Below are positions 14,073-27,689 of a DNA stretch of 64,000 nt, one piece after another. Made by a program: the position numbers and the translations under genes. Origin of the DNA: Camelus ferus (Eukaryota). The stretch covers positions 30,258,001 to 30,322,000 of the forward strand of contig NC_045705.1 of the NCBI RefSeq assembly GCF_009834535.1, written 5' to 3'. The notes under the pieces were generated by a model. It saw nothing but the letters and a program-made list of their open reading frames with translations. It was not told the DNA's origin and ran no database searches. How positions within the stretch are numbered: position 1 is the first letter of the stretch; every line of letters begins with the position of its first letter.

Positions 14073-15635
14073 CTAGCAGAGATTAAAAAAATGGCAATAA
14101 TCCCTGTCAATTACCAACTCAGAGGTCATTCATAAGGAAAAATGGGGGGAGAGATAAATAACATCCCCCTTTGCGGGTAGCTAACACCTCTTATCTGGAA
14201 TCACATCCTTCCTACAAGCTAAGTACTTAGAGGCATAAATAAAGAGCTCCAGAGCTCCCATACTGGATATGGCCACTGTATGATGCTGAATACTGCTCTT
14301 CTGTGAGAAACAAACAAGTGCTTCAGAGACATCATCTTATTTCTATTTGCAGTACCTCCAGTAGACAAATAGGAGGTTGGGATCAACATGGGAGAGGAAA
14401 ATGAGGCATACCCAGAGATCACCATATAGTGCCAACATTCATCTTGGTGTTCAGTTCCTGCATGTCATCCTAATCCACATCATATTATCCTCTACTCATT
14501 CTGCTCTGCCCACACCTTTTTTGTGAGTACTCCTAGGGGTCTCTTAACAACTGGTAAAAATGGTTAATTATATAATCTAGCCCGACTGTAAATTCAATGA
14601 TCATATGTGATACACACACATTTTACTGAGCACTTTTTTGGTGCCAGGCAAATACTAAGTACTTCGCATCTCTTTCTTTATTTAAATCATACCATAACCT
14701 GGAAAGGTAAGCATTACTACACACACATGAGAACAATGGGCCTAGAAGTTAAGTGTATTGCACGGTGGTACACAGCTACTGAGTGATAATGCTGGAGGGG
14801 ACTCCAGTGAAGGTCTGTCAACTCCAAAATGATTCAAACCACTATGCACCCACTGAATCTAAACTACAATGTAGGTTCTGTATCACTGGCTTTTCCTATT
14901 TTTTAAGGGAAGCCAGAAATCTTGACTTTTGCATGAACTCTCCTGACTGTTAAATTTTAGCTAAAACATTTTTTTCTCCTTTTCATACAGCAAGGGCCAG
15001 TTACAACACATCTATACACATGCCTCAGGGGCCCCCCAATTTACCATGTCTGCCACACTGCTTCCCAACTCAAATGTGCCTTGGCAGCCAATCAAGCTCC
15101 TGCCATAGAACACGTTTCAAAGGAAATGGTCTCAGAAAGAAATGCATATTGTTCCTCCAGCAGCATCTTGCCTGGCTCTCCCAGGAACAGGTCTCCGGCT
15201 CCCTGCCAGACTCTTCTTTAAGGCAGATCTGCAGGATAAGGACAGCAGCTACCAATCTTTTCCAATTGAGTTAATTCAATTTACCGTTATTAAAACCAGC
15301 TGGCTTTAGGTATAGTCATGTGCAGTCACTTTATCCCAGTGACTGGCTCTCTGAAGCATTTCCCCTAACAGCCTGAGGAAGAGATACAGCAGAGGTCCTG
15401 TCAACCTGGCCTGCTACCTTTCCCACTCAGGACAACCAACCGTTACATGGTATTTTCTACCTAGACAAGGCTTATAATCCCCACCCTTATGACACGATAA
15501 ATAGTCCTATCACTGAAGAGAAAGAATATAATGAAGCCAATAAGGAAGAGGTGGAAGGAATAAAATACATCTTCTCTCTGGTGGAAAACCTGAATCTTCA
15601 ATGCTATTACTGTTTACAGCAGCAGAAATGCTGAG

Positions 15636-15795
15636 GTTCATCAATTCTAAAACACACTACCCCCCACCCCTGCATTTTAATACGTCTGAAATTGGGATGC
15701 ATCTTAAAACTGTGTGATGCAGTTTAATTGGCAGGATCTTGTTCTTTCATAGAGGCACATAAAATAATAGCATGTCCTTGAATCTTGAAATACAA
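15636..15795. mobile_element. MER104-like Tc/mariner MITE remnant
   Basis: ttcatcaattctaa...cattttaatacgtctgaaattgggatgcatctta resembles the recalled consensus. Confidence 0.5.
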
Positions 15796-17656
15796 AATAT
15801 TTGTGAGAGGAAGGGATAGTGAGAGATACACAGACTGGAGAAAGAAGAAAAGTAAAATTTTGAGAAGAGTATCTCTTCAGAACATTTATTCATATATAGT
15901 ACTTACTCATTACTAATACATTAGTTCTATAGGAGCTGAAGAGCAGAAGCAAGATCTGGGAGCAGCTGACTGCCCTGGAATATTCAGAAGCTTGTTCTAT
16001 CCCAAAGGGCTCTGGAGGGAGTCCTGAATATTACTGAGCCCTGTTGTATTATCTTCCAAATGACTGCTTAATAAGCAGAAGCCCTTTGGCAAGGAGCATC
16101 CTCCAGAGTGACCAATATATATCCTTCTTAAGTACTTCTGCTTGAAAAATGATCCTGCCAAATTAGGAAGCCAGTATTACCCCCTACTATGCCACAGCAG
16201 GTACTGACAGTATTCAGAAAAAATGAGATGACTTTTCAGGGATGCTGGATGCTGGATGCTGTAAAGAAGATTCTTTAACCAGAAGAGTTTGGATTAGATA
16301 ATTTCAATGTTAATGATTCCATTTTATAATCCTGCAAGCTCTACTTTCCGCCCTAAATTCCCATCTTAATTAGGAAGACTTCTTAAAACAGAGTAAAACC
16401 AGAATCTTAAGCTTAGTCTCTGGGGAGTCCCTGATGAGGTTCTTTTGGAAAGTGTATCCCCTGTGCCTACTTACCAGAAACTTACTAGAATCTATTGCCA
16501 CCATTTGCTCTCCAGGAAATACAGTGGACTGGCAAGTCATTTATACATATATAGCATTTTAACTGCTAATACACAAATCAGGAGAGCCAATTACTACAAA
16601 TAGCAACTCCATACACATGTCACTGATGAAACATTAAATTCCATAAATTACAGTTACAACACAAACATTACCCGAAAGATTAAAAAAGACTTCTTCAGTT
16701 GGTGTTGAATAAAGAAAGAACTAGAGTGACTAGATGAGTAACTATCACCACTACTCCTAGAAGCCTCAAAGAAAGATTTCTTACCCACAGTTAGCAAAGA
16801 GCCATCAATGGGGAAACGACACAACAAAACAGAATGGGATGATAGCTGAGTGCCTTCTGCTCTGGCCACCACAAATGTGACTTGACTTAATGATCTACCA
16901 AGCAGTGCAATAATACGAAATCAGGTAGGACTTAGGGAGAGCTCAGATAAACTTATTCAAGCTTGAGGCTACTATTTCATTCTGATCTATAATCTCAATT
17001 TAGAAATGCTTTAAAGAGTCACTGAAGCTCTGACAGAGAGAAAAAACACCTTTCTCTACAAGTTTGCCTGGTTCATTTTCTAAACCAGTCATGTCCAAGT
17101 GAGGTATACCAGAGGTTATGCTATTCTGATCCACTGGAGAACAGGAAGAAAATATTACAACTTTTGATTATAATGTATAACCATAATGTATAACACACAC
17201 ACATACACACATACAAAGACTGCTCAAAAGCCTTTCACTAGCCAGAAGTATTTTTTTTTAAAAAAGGCCACTGTTCTATCAAACTACACACTACTTTCCA
17301 TAAATTCAATATTCAATAGAATATAATAACCCCAAATATATAAAATATAAAAACTATAAGTATATAAAAGCACAACCATATTCATATACAGACAGAGCAA
17401 AAGAGAGAAAATGATAAAGCAAATGTGGTAAAATGTTAACACTTAGGGAATGTGAATGAAGAATATATGGGAATTCTTTGCACTATTTCTTGCAACTTTT
17501 CTGCAAGTCTGAAATTGTTTCAAAATTTAAAACATCCAGTATAAAAAATCTAAAAGTAAACCACTGAAAACTAAAGAGAAAACTATTCATTTTCAAAAGA
17601 ATGACTTCTGAAAAAGAATTTCTTCAAACAGCAAGTTGCCCTCATGTTCTAAAAAG

Positions 17657-17865
17657 CAGGTTTGGTAAATTACAGGCACTGGGCCAGCTGCCTGGTTTTA
17701 TAAATAAAGTTTTATCCTAACACAGCCACATCATTTACTCATTTACATATTGTCTGTGGCTGCTTTGGAGCTAGGAAGGCAGAACTGAGTAATCCTGATA
17801 GGGACAGGCCTAAAATATTTACTATCTGACCCTTTACAGAAAAAAAATCTGCCCCATCCATGCTC
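17657..17865. mobile_element. MER58A-like hAT-Charlie MITE
   Basis: aaataaagttttat...tttacatattgtctgtggctgcttt...cctaaaatatttactatctgaccctttacagaaaa. Confidence 0.75.
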
Positions 17866-18688
17866 TAAAATCTTGCTTACATAAAATCCCTTGAAAGATA
17901 AGATGGAGTCACAAGGGATGGAAAGGAAAAACTTGAAATCAAAGTATTACACACTAGAATAAGTTATCAAAAATTAATATTAAGCCCTGCTAAAATCGTA
18001 AGTCAACAGGATCACAATTCAAGCTGTAAAATTCCTAACATTTTAAATGACTACAAGTATTTCTTCCTTCCCTGATTCATACTCTGAATATGTGCAAATA
18101 TTCCCCAGATCAGCTGTATCATCTGATGACTAGGAAAACAAAACAAAACAAAAGTAGAAGAAAGCTCTGGGAAAGAACAAAGTTGTTGGGGCAGATAAAA
18201 ATGGTCATCCAAGAGAAAAGAACCTTTGTTCCAAATTCAATGGATATCAGGGTTGAGGAGCAGAAAGTCTGGGTACCAGTCTAGACAGAATAAACAAGCC
18301 AGTGACAACTGTTAATAAACAATTATATCCTGAAGGTACTCTTTTAACTAGTTCTCAGATCACAGAGAAAATCAACATCCCAAAGCCAACAAACACATTC
18401 AGACCTTCTCCAGTCACTGGAAACATTAACTGCTAAAACTCTGTGACCTTATATGGATAAGGAAAGTTGCTCCTAGAAGCTAAGATGCCACTGGTGCCCC
18501 ATGCCTAAAGAGTAATTTCCCAGCCTGGCTCTCATGTCTGGGTGACATCTGCTAGTTCAGTTCAGGGGAGCCAAACCCAAACTAATAGTTCCCTTCTGCC
18601 TACGAAATAAATTCAAATTCCTCAGCTTGGCACCAAAGCCTTGCAGCCAAATTTCTCATTCCTTCTGGACATAATGTATGCTCTGGCC

Positions 18689-19008
18689 CAATGGTTTTCA
18701 AACTTTTTGGTATCAGAGTTCCTTTAACACTCTTAAAAATTACTGAGGACCCCAAAGAGCTTTTGTTTTTATGGATTTTATCTATCAACATGTATTGTAT
18801 TTGACATTAAAACCGATAAAAACTTAATACACAAGCACACATTCCACTGGCCACCAGAGTGACAACCTCATCAAACGTCATGTGGCCTCTAAAAAATTCC
18901 ACTGAATACTCATGAAAGAATGAGAGTGAAAAAGAATGTCTCAGCATTATTATGAAGGTAGTTTTGACTTCAGGGATCCCAGGCCACACTTTGAGAATGA
19001 CTGCTCTA
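18689..19008. mobile_element. hAT-Charlie family non-autonomous element
   Basis: Termini caatggttttcaaac / ccacactttgagaatgactg; internal gaggaccccaaagagcttttg. Confidence 0.65.
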
Positions 19009-19188
19009 GCTAAACTAAACACACCCTCACTATTTTCACCTCCACATTTAGCTTGGCCATTTCTTTTTTCTGGAGAATTCTTCCCCTTCTCTGCCTGTAA
19101 AAATCCTTCAAAGCTCAAATACCTGACTTTTCCAGCCAGAAGTTCACCCTCCCTTCCCCCAAACCCCATAGCATTTTAATCATCTCTT

Positions 19189-19448
19189 TTTTTGGGGGGG
19201 GGGGGTTAGGTTTATTTACTTATTCTTATTTTTTACTTAAGTGTAGTCAATTTACAATGTTAGTTTCAGGTGTACAGCAAAGTGATTGTTATACATATAC
19301 ATACATACATATTTTCAATTTCTTCTCCATTACGGCTCATTACAAGAAATTATTTATTTTTAATGGCACTACTAGGGATTAGACCCAAGATCTCATGCAT
19401 GCTAGGCACACACTCTACCACTGAACTACACCCTCTCCCCTGCCCTTG
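19189..19448 (-). mobile_element. Vic-1-type tRNA-derived SINE with a nested L1 3' fragment (about 19231-19350)
   Basis: SINE head at about 19361-19440; flanking TSD aatcatctctt at 19178-19188 and 19449-19459. Confidence 0.8.
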
Positions 19449-22439
19449 AATCATCTCTTAAAAGGCCTTCTCCCAAGTCACCTTGTACTGCAGTTCTTGG
19501 TAATTATGTCTTGTCTCTGCTACTGGACTGCAAGCTACGTGAAAACAAGTATTGAGTCCAAGTCATCTTTTCATCCCAATTAAAATTCACATCCTAATTA
19601 ATACACAATAGGAGACCAATAAGAATCTAAGTGAATACATCAGGAGGCCTAAGTTGATTTGGAAAAATAAGCAAGAAGACATATCCGACTGCCCCCTACC
19701 CCGATCCCCATGACTTTCAGACAAGGTTGCTAGATAGCCAAAATCTCACACTAAAATTCCTGAAGGAACAAGTTTTTCAGAAACTGCTTACATCACTCTT
19801 CATCTCTCTGGTCACTTAAGCTGCTCAGGTTAAAGTGCTGACATAGTTGTCCTGATAAATGCAGTGCAGCCTGGTGCCTGGGAGGCTTATTAAATCATAA
19901 AGTCAGAGGCTGGCTACTTGCCTAGGAAACTACCACTGATGCTCCAGGACAGCCTAGTGCCAAAAGAGACCCCACAGGGGAAAGAGGACAATGTTTTCAG
20001 GGGGCTGAAGGGGTGGGAAGCCAAATAAACCTGGATACACTCTTGCCTTCTTTGTTTCTGCATCTTGCTCTGCAAGCTCCAGATCTCTGCCTTGGCGCAT
20101 GCCTGGGCTGGGAGATGACAAGCTCTTATTCTTTGTAAAAAATAATTGTGTGTTCTGAAATGACACCTCTATTATGATTTCCAAATTGACATCTTTGCTT
20201 TAAAGCGGAGGCATCCAAGACTCCCCATTTCACACACTGGCAATTATCATTTAAGTTATCCAACGATAGGCATTCATCTGATCACTATAGGGCCCCTCTA
20301 GTTCTAAGGGTGCACTTACAGCACATGATGTAGTTGCCAGCAGAGCCTGGTAGGCAATTTCTGCCCCTGCTGTGGGACCGACCAAGGCAAGGTGGCACTG
20401 CTAAAAGGCTAACATCAGGAAAAACCTAGACATACTACAGAAAAGAGCTCACTGTGCCTGTCGTGTGGATCGGCCTTATTTCACCATCGTCAAACAATTC
20501 ACAGGGCTCAGAAAAATGCCTTCCACCAGAAAAACTTTAAAATATCTTTACAAACATTAACATACTCCTCAATGTCTCTGTGCAGTGAGCAATAGACGGT
20601 AAGACATCAGAGCACAACATAATCACAGATACCAGGAGGGAAGAAGCTGGAAACAATTCATATGGTGTGTGCAATTGTGTATCTAGATATACCAAAGTCT
20701 TGCCTGAAAAGGCAGCCAGACTCCTCTGCGAACATCTGACCCTCTGCTGTTAGGTGCACCGTCACTGTTAATACAATTGTAAAATGATTGGTTGGGACTA
20801 TGCTTAGCGCTTGTGTATCTTCAACACATCATACTATAGTTACAAAACATCAATTTATAATAAAAGCTCACTTTTGTCAGCATCTGAATTGAAAGGTCCA
20901 AGGTGATCTACACACATGTTAATTTACTCTGTCTCCAAATTATTTCTCTCTGGGAGACTTGGGAGGTCTGTCCACAGACCACAGACATTTCTAAACTGGG
21001 AATTTAGATCAGAGGCTTTTCACCAAAGGATGAATATGAGCACGTCAATGACAAGTTCCACAGCTAGTTCTGATATTGACATGCGCACATACCCACAACA
21101 AGCAGCAGCTGTGACGTGGAAGTTTGGACTTTAATTAAGAGGCAGTGCATCCTAATTGACTGGTTTCCCTCCAGATCAAGAAGAGATTTACAGAATTCGA
21201 TAATCCTGAATTCTCAGCTAATTTTAGTCAGAATAATAAACAATTCCAAAAAAGTCTATCTCCATGCCCACTAATTCTACAAAGAATATGTGGTAGAATC
21301 ATTTACTGCTTCAATAACAGCAAATTTTGCACATTTCTCCTTAGATTTTTCACATTCATATTCCTGACCTGAAAATTTAAAAACCGTAGAGGAGGGTCAT
21401 TCAGTCCATTGACCCTATTATGTTGCAAACACTATACTCCATAATATGAAGTAAAACTTAGGGCCAACATCAGGAGGGCAGAGAGAAGTTAGTAAATGAA
21501 GCTTGCAAGAGAATGAGGAAAAAGGAATGCACAGTGGGCTGGGGCATTTATTAACCAGAGGCTAAGAGGCAGCCTTCCTGGCTCATGTCTGTTCAAGTAA
21601 TGAGATTTCTGGAGTTTATAGAAATAGAAAAGAGGGCAGAGACTCCAGCTGGGCCCCCAAACAATCCACTGTTAGCCCGTGAGCCAACGCAAAGCTCAGA
21701 GTACAATAATTTCTCTTATATCCTGGGCTCACTCTGAACTGCTTCTCTTAGTGACATCTGATTTTCACTGATTCACCTCTGGGGGTATACTACTTGCCCT
21801 TCCACCCTGATCCTGACTTGAGCAACTTTCTTGATTCCTTTTGGACTCAGCATTTGACCCCACTGGAATAATTTATCCACCATTTCCCTGTCTAGACAAT
21901 ATGAAATTGTCATATAAGTGACACCTAAAGCACAATTAGAAAAACTGCAATTTCCACTCTCCTCCCCCAGTTCCCCAAAAGAACTGCACATGCATGTCAA
22001 TCAATACTACCCTGAAGGTTAACTCTGTGGAGCCTGGAAGCCACCTTACTAAGTATTATGCATTCCCCCCTCTACTATAATTAGAAGTTATAAATTGCCT
22101 TCTTTTCACTAGCACTAATGGTTATAATCTCAGAGATCTGAATGCCTGCTGAATTGATACCTGTGTAAAAAGTCCTTACAAACACATTATCCAGCTGCAT
22201 TTTATTTAGCAGAATCCCAGACAAAAGGAAAAAGACAAGGCAAAAGAGGAGCGAAGCAATGAGAGAAAGGCATGACTCAAGACCATCAGAACCAGGCAGT
22301 ATGTTTATAACTATCATAAATATAAGATGGTTTGAAGCCACTGCCAGTTACTTGTGAGATGTAATACCGAAACCCCCCAGCAAAGTCAAAGGACAGCAAA
22401 TCATGAAATAACTTGTCAATGATTTCTAATGGGAAGGGG

Positions 22440-22628
22440 TTCCCCCCAGGGGACATATGTCTGGAGACATTTTTGGTTGTTGCAACTGGGTGGGGGGAGA
22501 GCACTGGCATCTAGTGAGTCCAGGCCAGGGATGCTGCTCAACATCCTACAATGCATAGGACAGCCCCCCACAATAAAGAATTATGCAGCCCCAGATGTTA
22601 ATAGTGCTGCTGTTGAGAAACCTGCTGC
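22440..22628. mobile_element. MER20 hAT-Charlie MITE
   Basis: tgtctggagacatttttggttgt...ggccagggatgctgctcaacatcctacaatgcataggacagccccccacaataaagaattat. Confidence 0.85.
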
Positions 22629-23197
22629 TGTAACTTAGTAGTCTGAGATTTACCAAGGGAAACTCTGAGTAACTAATATATGAGGCAAGTCAGTTCTTCA
22701 GCTTCAGAAACAGACTGTAGTTTAATTTAACATCTTGTGTCACTTACTAGCTGTGTGACCTTGGGCAAGCTCATTATCCTCAGTGTCCAAATTTAAGGGG
22801 AAATCCCTATTTTACATGGTTGTTGTGATTAAGTAAGAACATAAGTATAGTATAGTAGCCAGTACAGTCTAATAAACAGCAGTTTTATTTTTTCTTCCCT
22901 GGATTACAGCTCCCAAAAGTGGAACATGATATACCCTGGCCACCCAAGTCACTAAGACTAAAAAGGTGATTTCCTAGAAGGACTTGTGCTGTGGAAGGAT
23001 GAGAACTATAAAGACATAAGCATGGGTATCTGAGCCCTAAGAATCACATGAACCTCACCCAAATAAACCAACAAGAGCAGTCAGTCATCCATCCACCAAC
23101 CTGGCTGTTGGTCCATACAACTATTGATTCAAACCACAAATAATTACTGAATGTCTATTATCAGGTATATATTAGTCTATAAAACAGATATGGTCCC

Positions 23198-23636
23198 TGT
23201 AGTAGCTCGTATCCAAAGGTGGACCCCAAAGAATCATACTACTTGGTATTCTTTCCCTGTGTGGTCCCCTCCCATACTGAATCGAGACTAGTCTGTTACT
23301 TGTTTTAACCAAGAGAACATAGCAAGTTCTGGGTCTAAGCCTTTAAGAGAACTGACAGCTTCCATTTCCTCCCTCTTGGAACTGTCACTTTTGGAAGTCC
23401 AAAGCTGCTACGTTAAAAGTCTGCCTACTGTGCTGGAGAGGCCATACGGAGAGAGGAGTCCTTGAGAGGCCCAGCTGTCCCAAATGAGCCTCCAGATGAC
23501 TCTAGAGAGATCTCAAACATGACCAGCAGAAGAACTTCCCAACTGAGCCCAGTCTGCCCAAAGAACAATGAAAGATAAGAAAATTGTTATTTTAAGTCAC
23601 TAGCTCTGCTGTGTGGGTTGTTATGCATCAGTAGAT
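23198..23636. mobile_element. MLT1 (ERVL-MaLR) solo LTR
   Basis: tgtgtggtcccctcccatactgaat...ccaactgagcccag...ttgttattttaagtcact...ttgttatgcatcagtagat. Confidence 0.65.
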
Positions 23637-24676
23637 GAATTAGTTCCTGATCATCTAGAACTTGTAAGGTAGTTACAACAGCAGCATTAAAACTACATTC
23701 ATGAAATTAGTTTATAAACCTAAAATAATCACACTGGTACTCAAAGAAACCTTGGCTATCAAAACAAAACACCAAACAAGATATTTGGAAACAGACTTCA
23801 AACAATAAAACTCATTGCAAACTTGCTCACTGTGTCCAAAGCATGAGGTCTTGGTATTGGTGAAAAGGGTCAGTGTCAATTTAGAAAGACTTTCAACTCT
23901 CTTCTACCTATCTCAATCAGGCTCTCCTTTCTGAAACACACTTATGCCCTGGACAGCTCCTTTCAGTGTAGAAGGTGACCCTAGAATTTGGGACATTAAG
24001 ACTACTTGTACTCCCTCTCTTTTCAAGAGGCAGAACCAGTTTCTTTTGCATAAATCATATAATAGAGTGCAGGAAAAATGAAAATAATATCTCATTCCCT
24101 TGCTATGGACCAAACTGCTTTCTCTATTATTGTACTCTCTAAAATAGACCCTCACTGTGTCTGTTGCAAGTGACTAATGGGAGTAACCAGAACCAGCCCT
24201 ATCACAACAGCCATTTCTTATCCTCTCTTTTTAAGTCACCTTCACTTTTTTATGCACTTGGTTTTACTTGTGAGAGTTCAGTCTTCCCATGAAGTGTTTT
24301 CTGGGCAGAGTAACAATGGAGAGAGAAAAGAGTTGGCGTTTCTTAAGCATCTAAACTTCTAAAAGCAACTGATGTTTAACTCATTTAACCCACATAACAA
24401 CAATTTTATAATTAAGGAAACTGAGGTTCAGAGAGGCTATTCAACCTACCCAAGGTGACACAATAGGGCCAGAATTTTACTCCAGTGTTGCTCAAATCCA
24501 AACCCTTCTACATGTGACAACAGAAGAGAGGGAACCTAAGGAGACTATGAGAGTTAAAGCAACACTGCATCACACATGGGACAGGAGCAAAAGGAAAATT
24601 AAAGGTGATGGGTAACTGCAAATACTACAGAGATTTGAGGGCAAGTGATGTTTAAGGGTTCCTAGATGGTCTAAAA

Positions 24677-24862
24677 CAGTGTTCTCTAACTTAAAGTATA
24701 TCAAAATCATCTGGAGAACTTGTTAAAAATGCACAGTGCACACCCCCCACCCCAAGTTTCTGATTCAGTAGGTCTGAAGTGAGCTCAGAAACTCACATTT
24801 CTAACAAGTTTCCAGGAGATGCTGATGTTCCTGGTCTGAGGACCACACTTTGAGATCCACTG
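24677..24862. mobile_element. MER5A hAT-Charlie MITE
   Basis: tttctgattcagtaggtctg...catttctaacaagtttccaggagatgctgatg...ggaccacactttgag. Confidence 0.85.
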
Positions 24863-25195
24863 GCCAAAGACCACACTATTAATAATCTGATATATCTATG
24901 TCTCTCTCTCTAACCTTATCACATCCAAAATAGTACCATCTGACACAAATTTAGTGCCAAATTTAGTGGCTCTAGGAGGGATTAAAAATCCAGCAACTCT
25001 GTTAGGATGACTATTACAGCAATGGTCCTTTGCCTTAAAGGAGCTAACAGAAAATGACCAGCCCAGCTTCTACCTCAATTATGAGAACTCATAAGAGACA
25101 AGCATTAAAAGGAATCAGAAAAGCATGTAGGAAAGAAACTGGAGAAGTTAAAAAAAAGGAGTTTCTTCTTTTTTAATTTTAAAAGTTATATCTGC

Positions 25196-26972
25196 TGAAA
25201 AGGAAATTAAGGAAACAATCCTACTTATAATAGCATCAAAAAGAATAAAATACTTAGGAATAAACTTAACCAAAGAGGTGGAAGACTTGTACAATGAAAA
25301 GTATAAAACACTAAAAAAAAAAAAGTAAAGGTACAAATAAATGGAAAGACATCCCATGTTCATGGATTGGAAGACTTACTATTGTTAAAATGCCCATAAT
25401 ACCCAAAGCAATCTACAGATTCAGTGAAATCCCTAACAAAATCCCAATGGCTTTTTTTTTCCCTGCAGAAAGAGAGAGAGAAAAAAACACCCCATAAAAT
25501 TCATATGGAATCTCAAAGAGCTCTGAAGAGCCAAAATAATCTTGAGAAAGAAGAACAAAGCTGGAGGCCTAACACTTCTTGGTTTCAAAACATACTACAA
25601 AGCTACAGTAATTAAAACACTATAGTCCTGGCATAAAGACAAGATATCCAGCCCAATGGAACAGAATAGAGAGCCCAGATATAAATCCTTATGTATATGG
25701 TCTAATGATGTTTGACAAGGGTACCAAAACTACACAATGGGGAAAGGACAGTCTTTCCAACAATCAGTACTGGGAAAACTGGCTATCCACATGCAAAAGA
25801 ATGAAGTTGGGCCATTACCTTATGCCATATGTAAAAATTAGTTCAAAATGGATTAAAAACTTAAAACATAAGACCTGAAACTATAAAACTCCTAGAAAAA
25901 AATATGGAGGAAAAGTTTTATAACATTGGATTGGGCAATGATTTCTAAATATGACACCAAATACAAAGGTAACAAAAGCAAAAACAGACAATTGGGACTG
26001 CATCAAATTTATAAAACTTAAAGGAAACAACAGAATAAAAAGGCATCTACAAAGTAGGACAAAATGTTTGTAAACTATTTATCAGATAAGGGATTAATAT
26101 CTAGAATATATAAAGAACTCCTATAATTTATTAACAACAACAAATTTAAAAGTTGACAAAGGACTTGAATGGACATTTACAGAACAGAATATATACAAAT
26201 GGCCAAAAAGCATATGAAAAGATGCTCGACATCACTTACCATCAGGGAAATGAAAATAAATCACAATGACATAAACACCTGATAAGATGCTGCTGTCCAA
26301 AAAAAACAAAACAGAATAACAATGTTGGCAAGGATATGGAGGTGCTGGAACCTTGAGTACTGTTGGTAGGATTATAAAATGGTACAGCTATGAAAAATAG
26401 CACAAAAGTTCCTCAAAAAATTAAAGATAGAACTTCCATATGATCCAGCAATACCACTTCTGAGTATATATCCAAAGGAATTGAAAACAGAATCTCAAAG
26501 AGATATCTGAACACCCGTGCTCACTGCAGAATTATTCACATAGCCGAGATATGGAAGCAACATTAAGGTCCATCCACAGATGAATAGATAAGGAAAATGT
26601 GGTATTTACATATAATCAAATATTATTCAACAAAGGAAATCCTGTCATATGTAACAACATGGATGAACCTTGAGGATATTACGTTAACTGAAATAAGCCA
26701 ATCACAAAAAGACAAATACCGCATGTTCCATTTCTATGAGGATCATAAAGTAATCAAACTCACAGAAAAAGAAAACTGAATGGTAGTTGCCAGGGGGTGA
26801 CGGGAGAGGGAAGCAGAGAATTGTTCCAATGAGTATAGCATTTCACTCTTGCAGGAAGAAAAGTTCTAGAGACCTGCTATACAACTATGTGTATAGACTT
26901 AACAATACTGTACATTTAAAAATTAAGAGGTCAAATTTAAGTTATGTGTTTTTTATCACAGTAAGAAAAAAG
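25196..26972 (+). mobile_element. 5'-truncated, decayed LINE-1 (L1MA-like), late ORF2 and 3' UTR
   Basis: aataaaatacttaggaataaacttaacc, atcccatgttcatggattggaaga, caaagctggagg, acatggatgaaccttgagga; many stops and frameshifts. Confidence 0.92.
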
Positions 26973-27670
26973 ACCCCAAAAATGGGTTACATCTGTGACC
27001 AGAACAAAGGAAGGAAAGGATAAAAGCCACCTTGGGAGAGTGAAGTGATCCAAGGAGACAGCAGGGAGACAGAGGGAAAATGAGAAACGTAAGTGAACAT
27101 GTGTAGGGGCGGAAAAAAGTAAAAGGCAAAAAGATTCAAACTCACAGTCTCTGATGCAACAAAAGAAAAGGGCACAATGTTAACAAGCTGCAATTCTCCT
27201 TCACTGACAAGGTCATACTTTCAGCCTTTGATTCCTTTATTATTACAATTTTCTACTCCTGCTCTAACTTGATTTTAATTTTCCGTCAGGTGACAACCAA
27301 ATCAATCAGCCTTTTCACTGGAACCTACCAGCTCTGTCCAAGGTGCTCTGCTCACAGGGAGAGGTGCAGACATTCTCCTCCAAGACGTTATAGAGTCCAT
27401 CATTAGAGGTAGGTTACTTTCATACTGCATAACCTGACATGACAGAGATCTGCTCACTAAACTGTGCCCCAGGCAGCAAATGAGCTTGGCACCCCCACTT
27501 TCCCTCTTTGGAAACAGAGGAGGAGTTTATTAATTGTTGCTATTAAAAAGTCAGGCAGCTTCTCAGGTAAGGGGGCTGTCAGCATGTCAGCCTACAGCCA
27601 GCAGGGGAGCCCCATGTGGGTGAATTAGGTAGGATGGGTGGGGCAGAGAAGAGGGTACTGCAATGTCCAG

Positions 27671-27689
27671 TGCCTCCCCCTGGTGGAGC
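27671..27689 (-). promoter_or_regulatory. Candidate CTCF core motif
   Basis: Minus strand GCTCCACCAGGGGGAGGCA versus consensus TGGCCACCAGGGGGCGCTA; motif match only. Confidence 0.35.
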
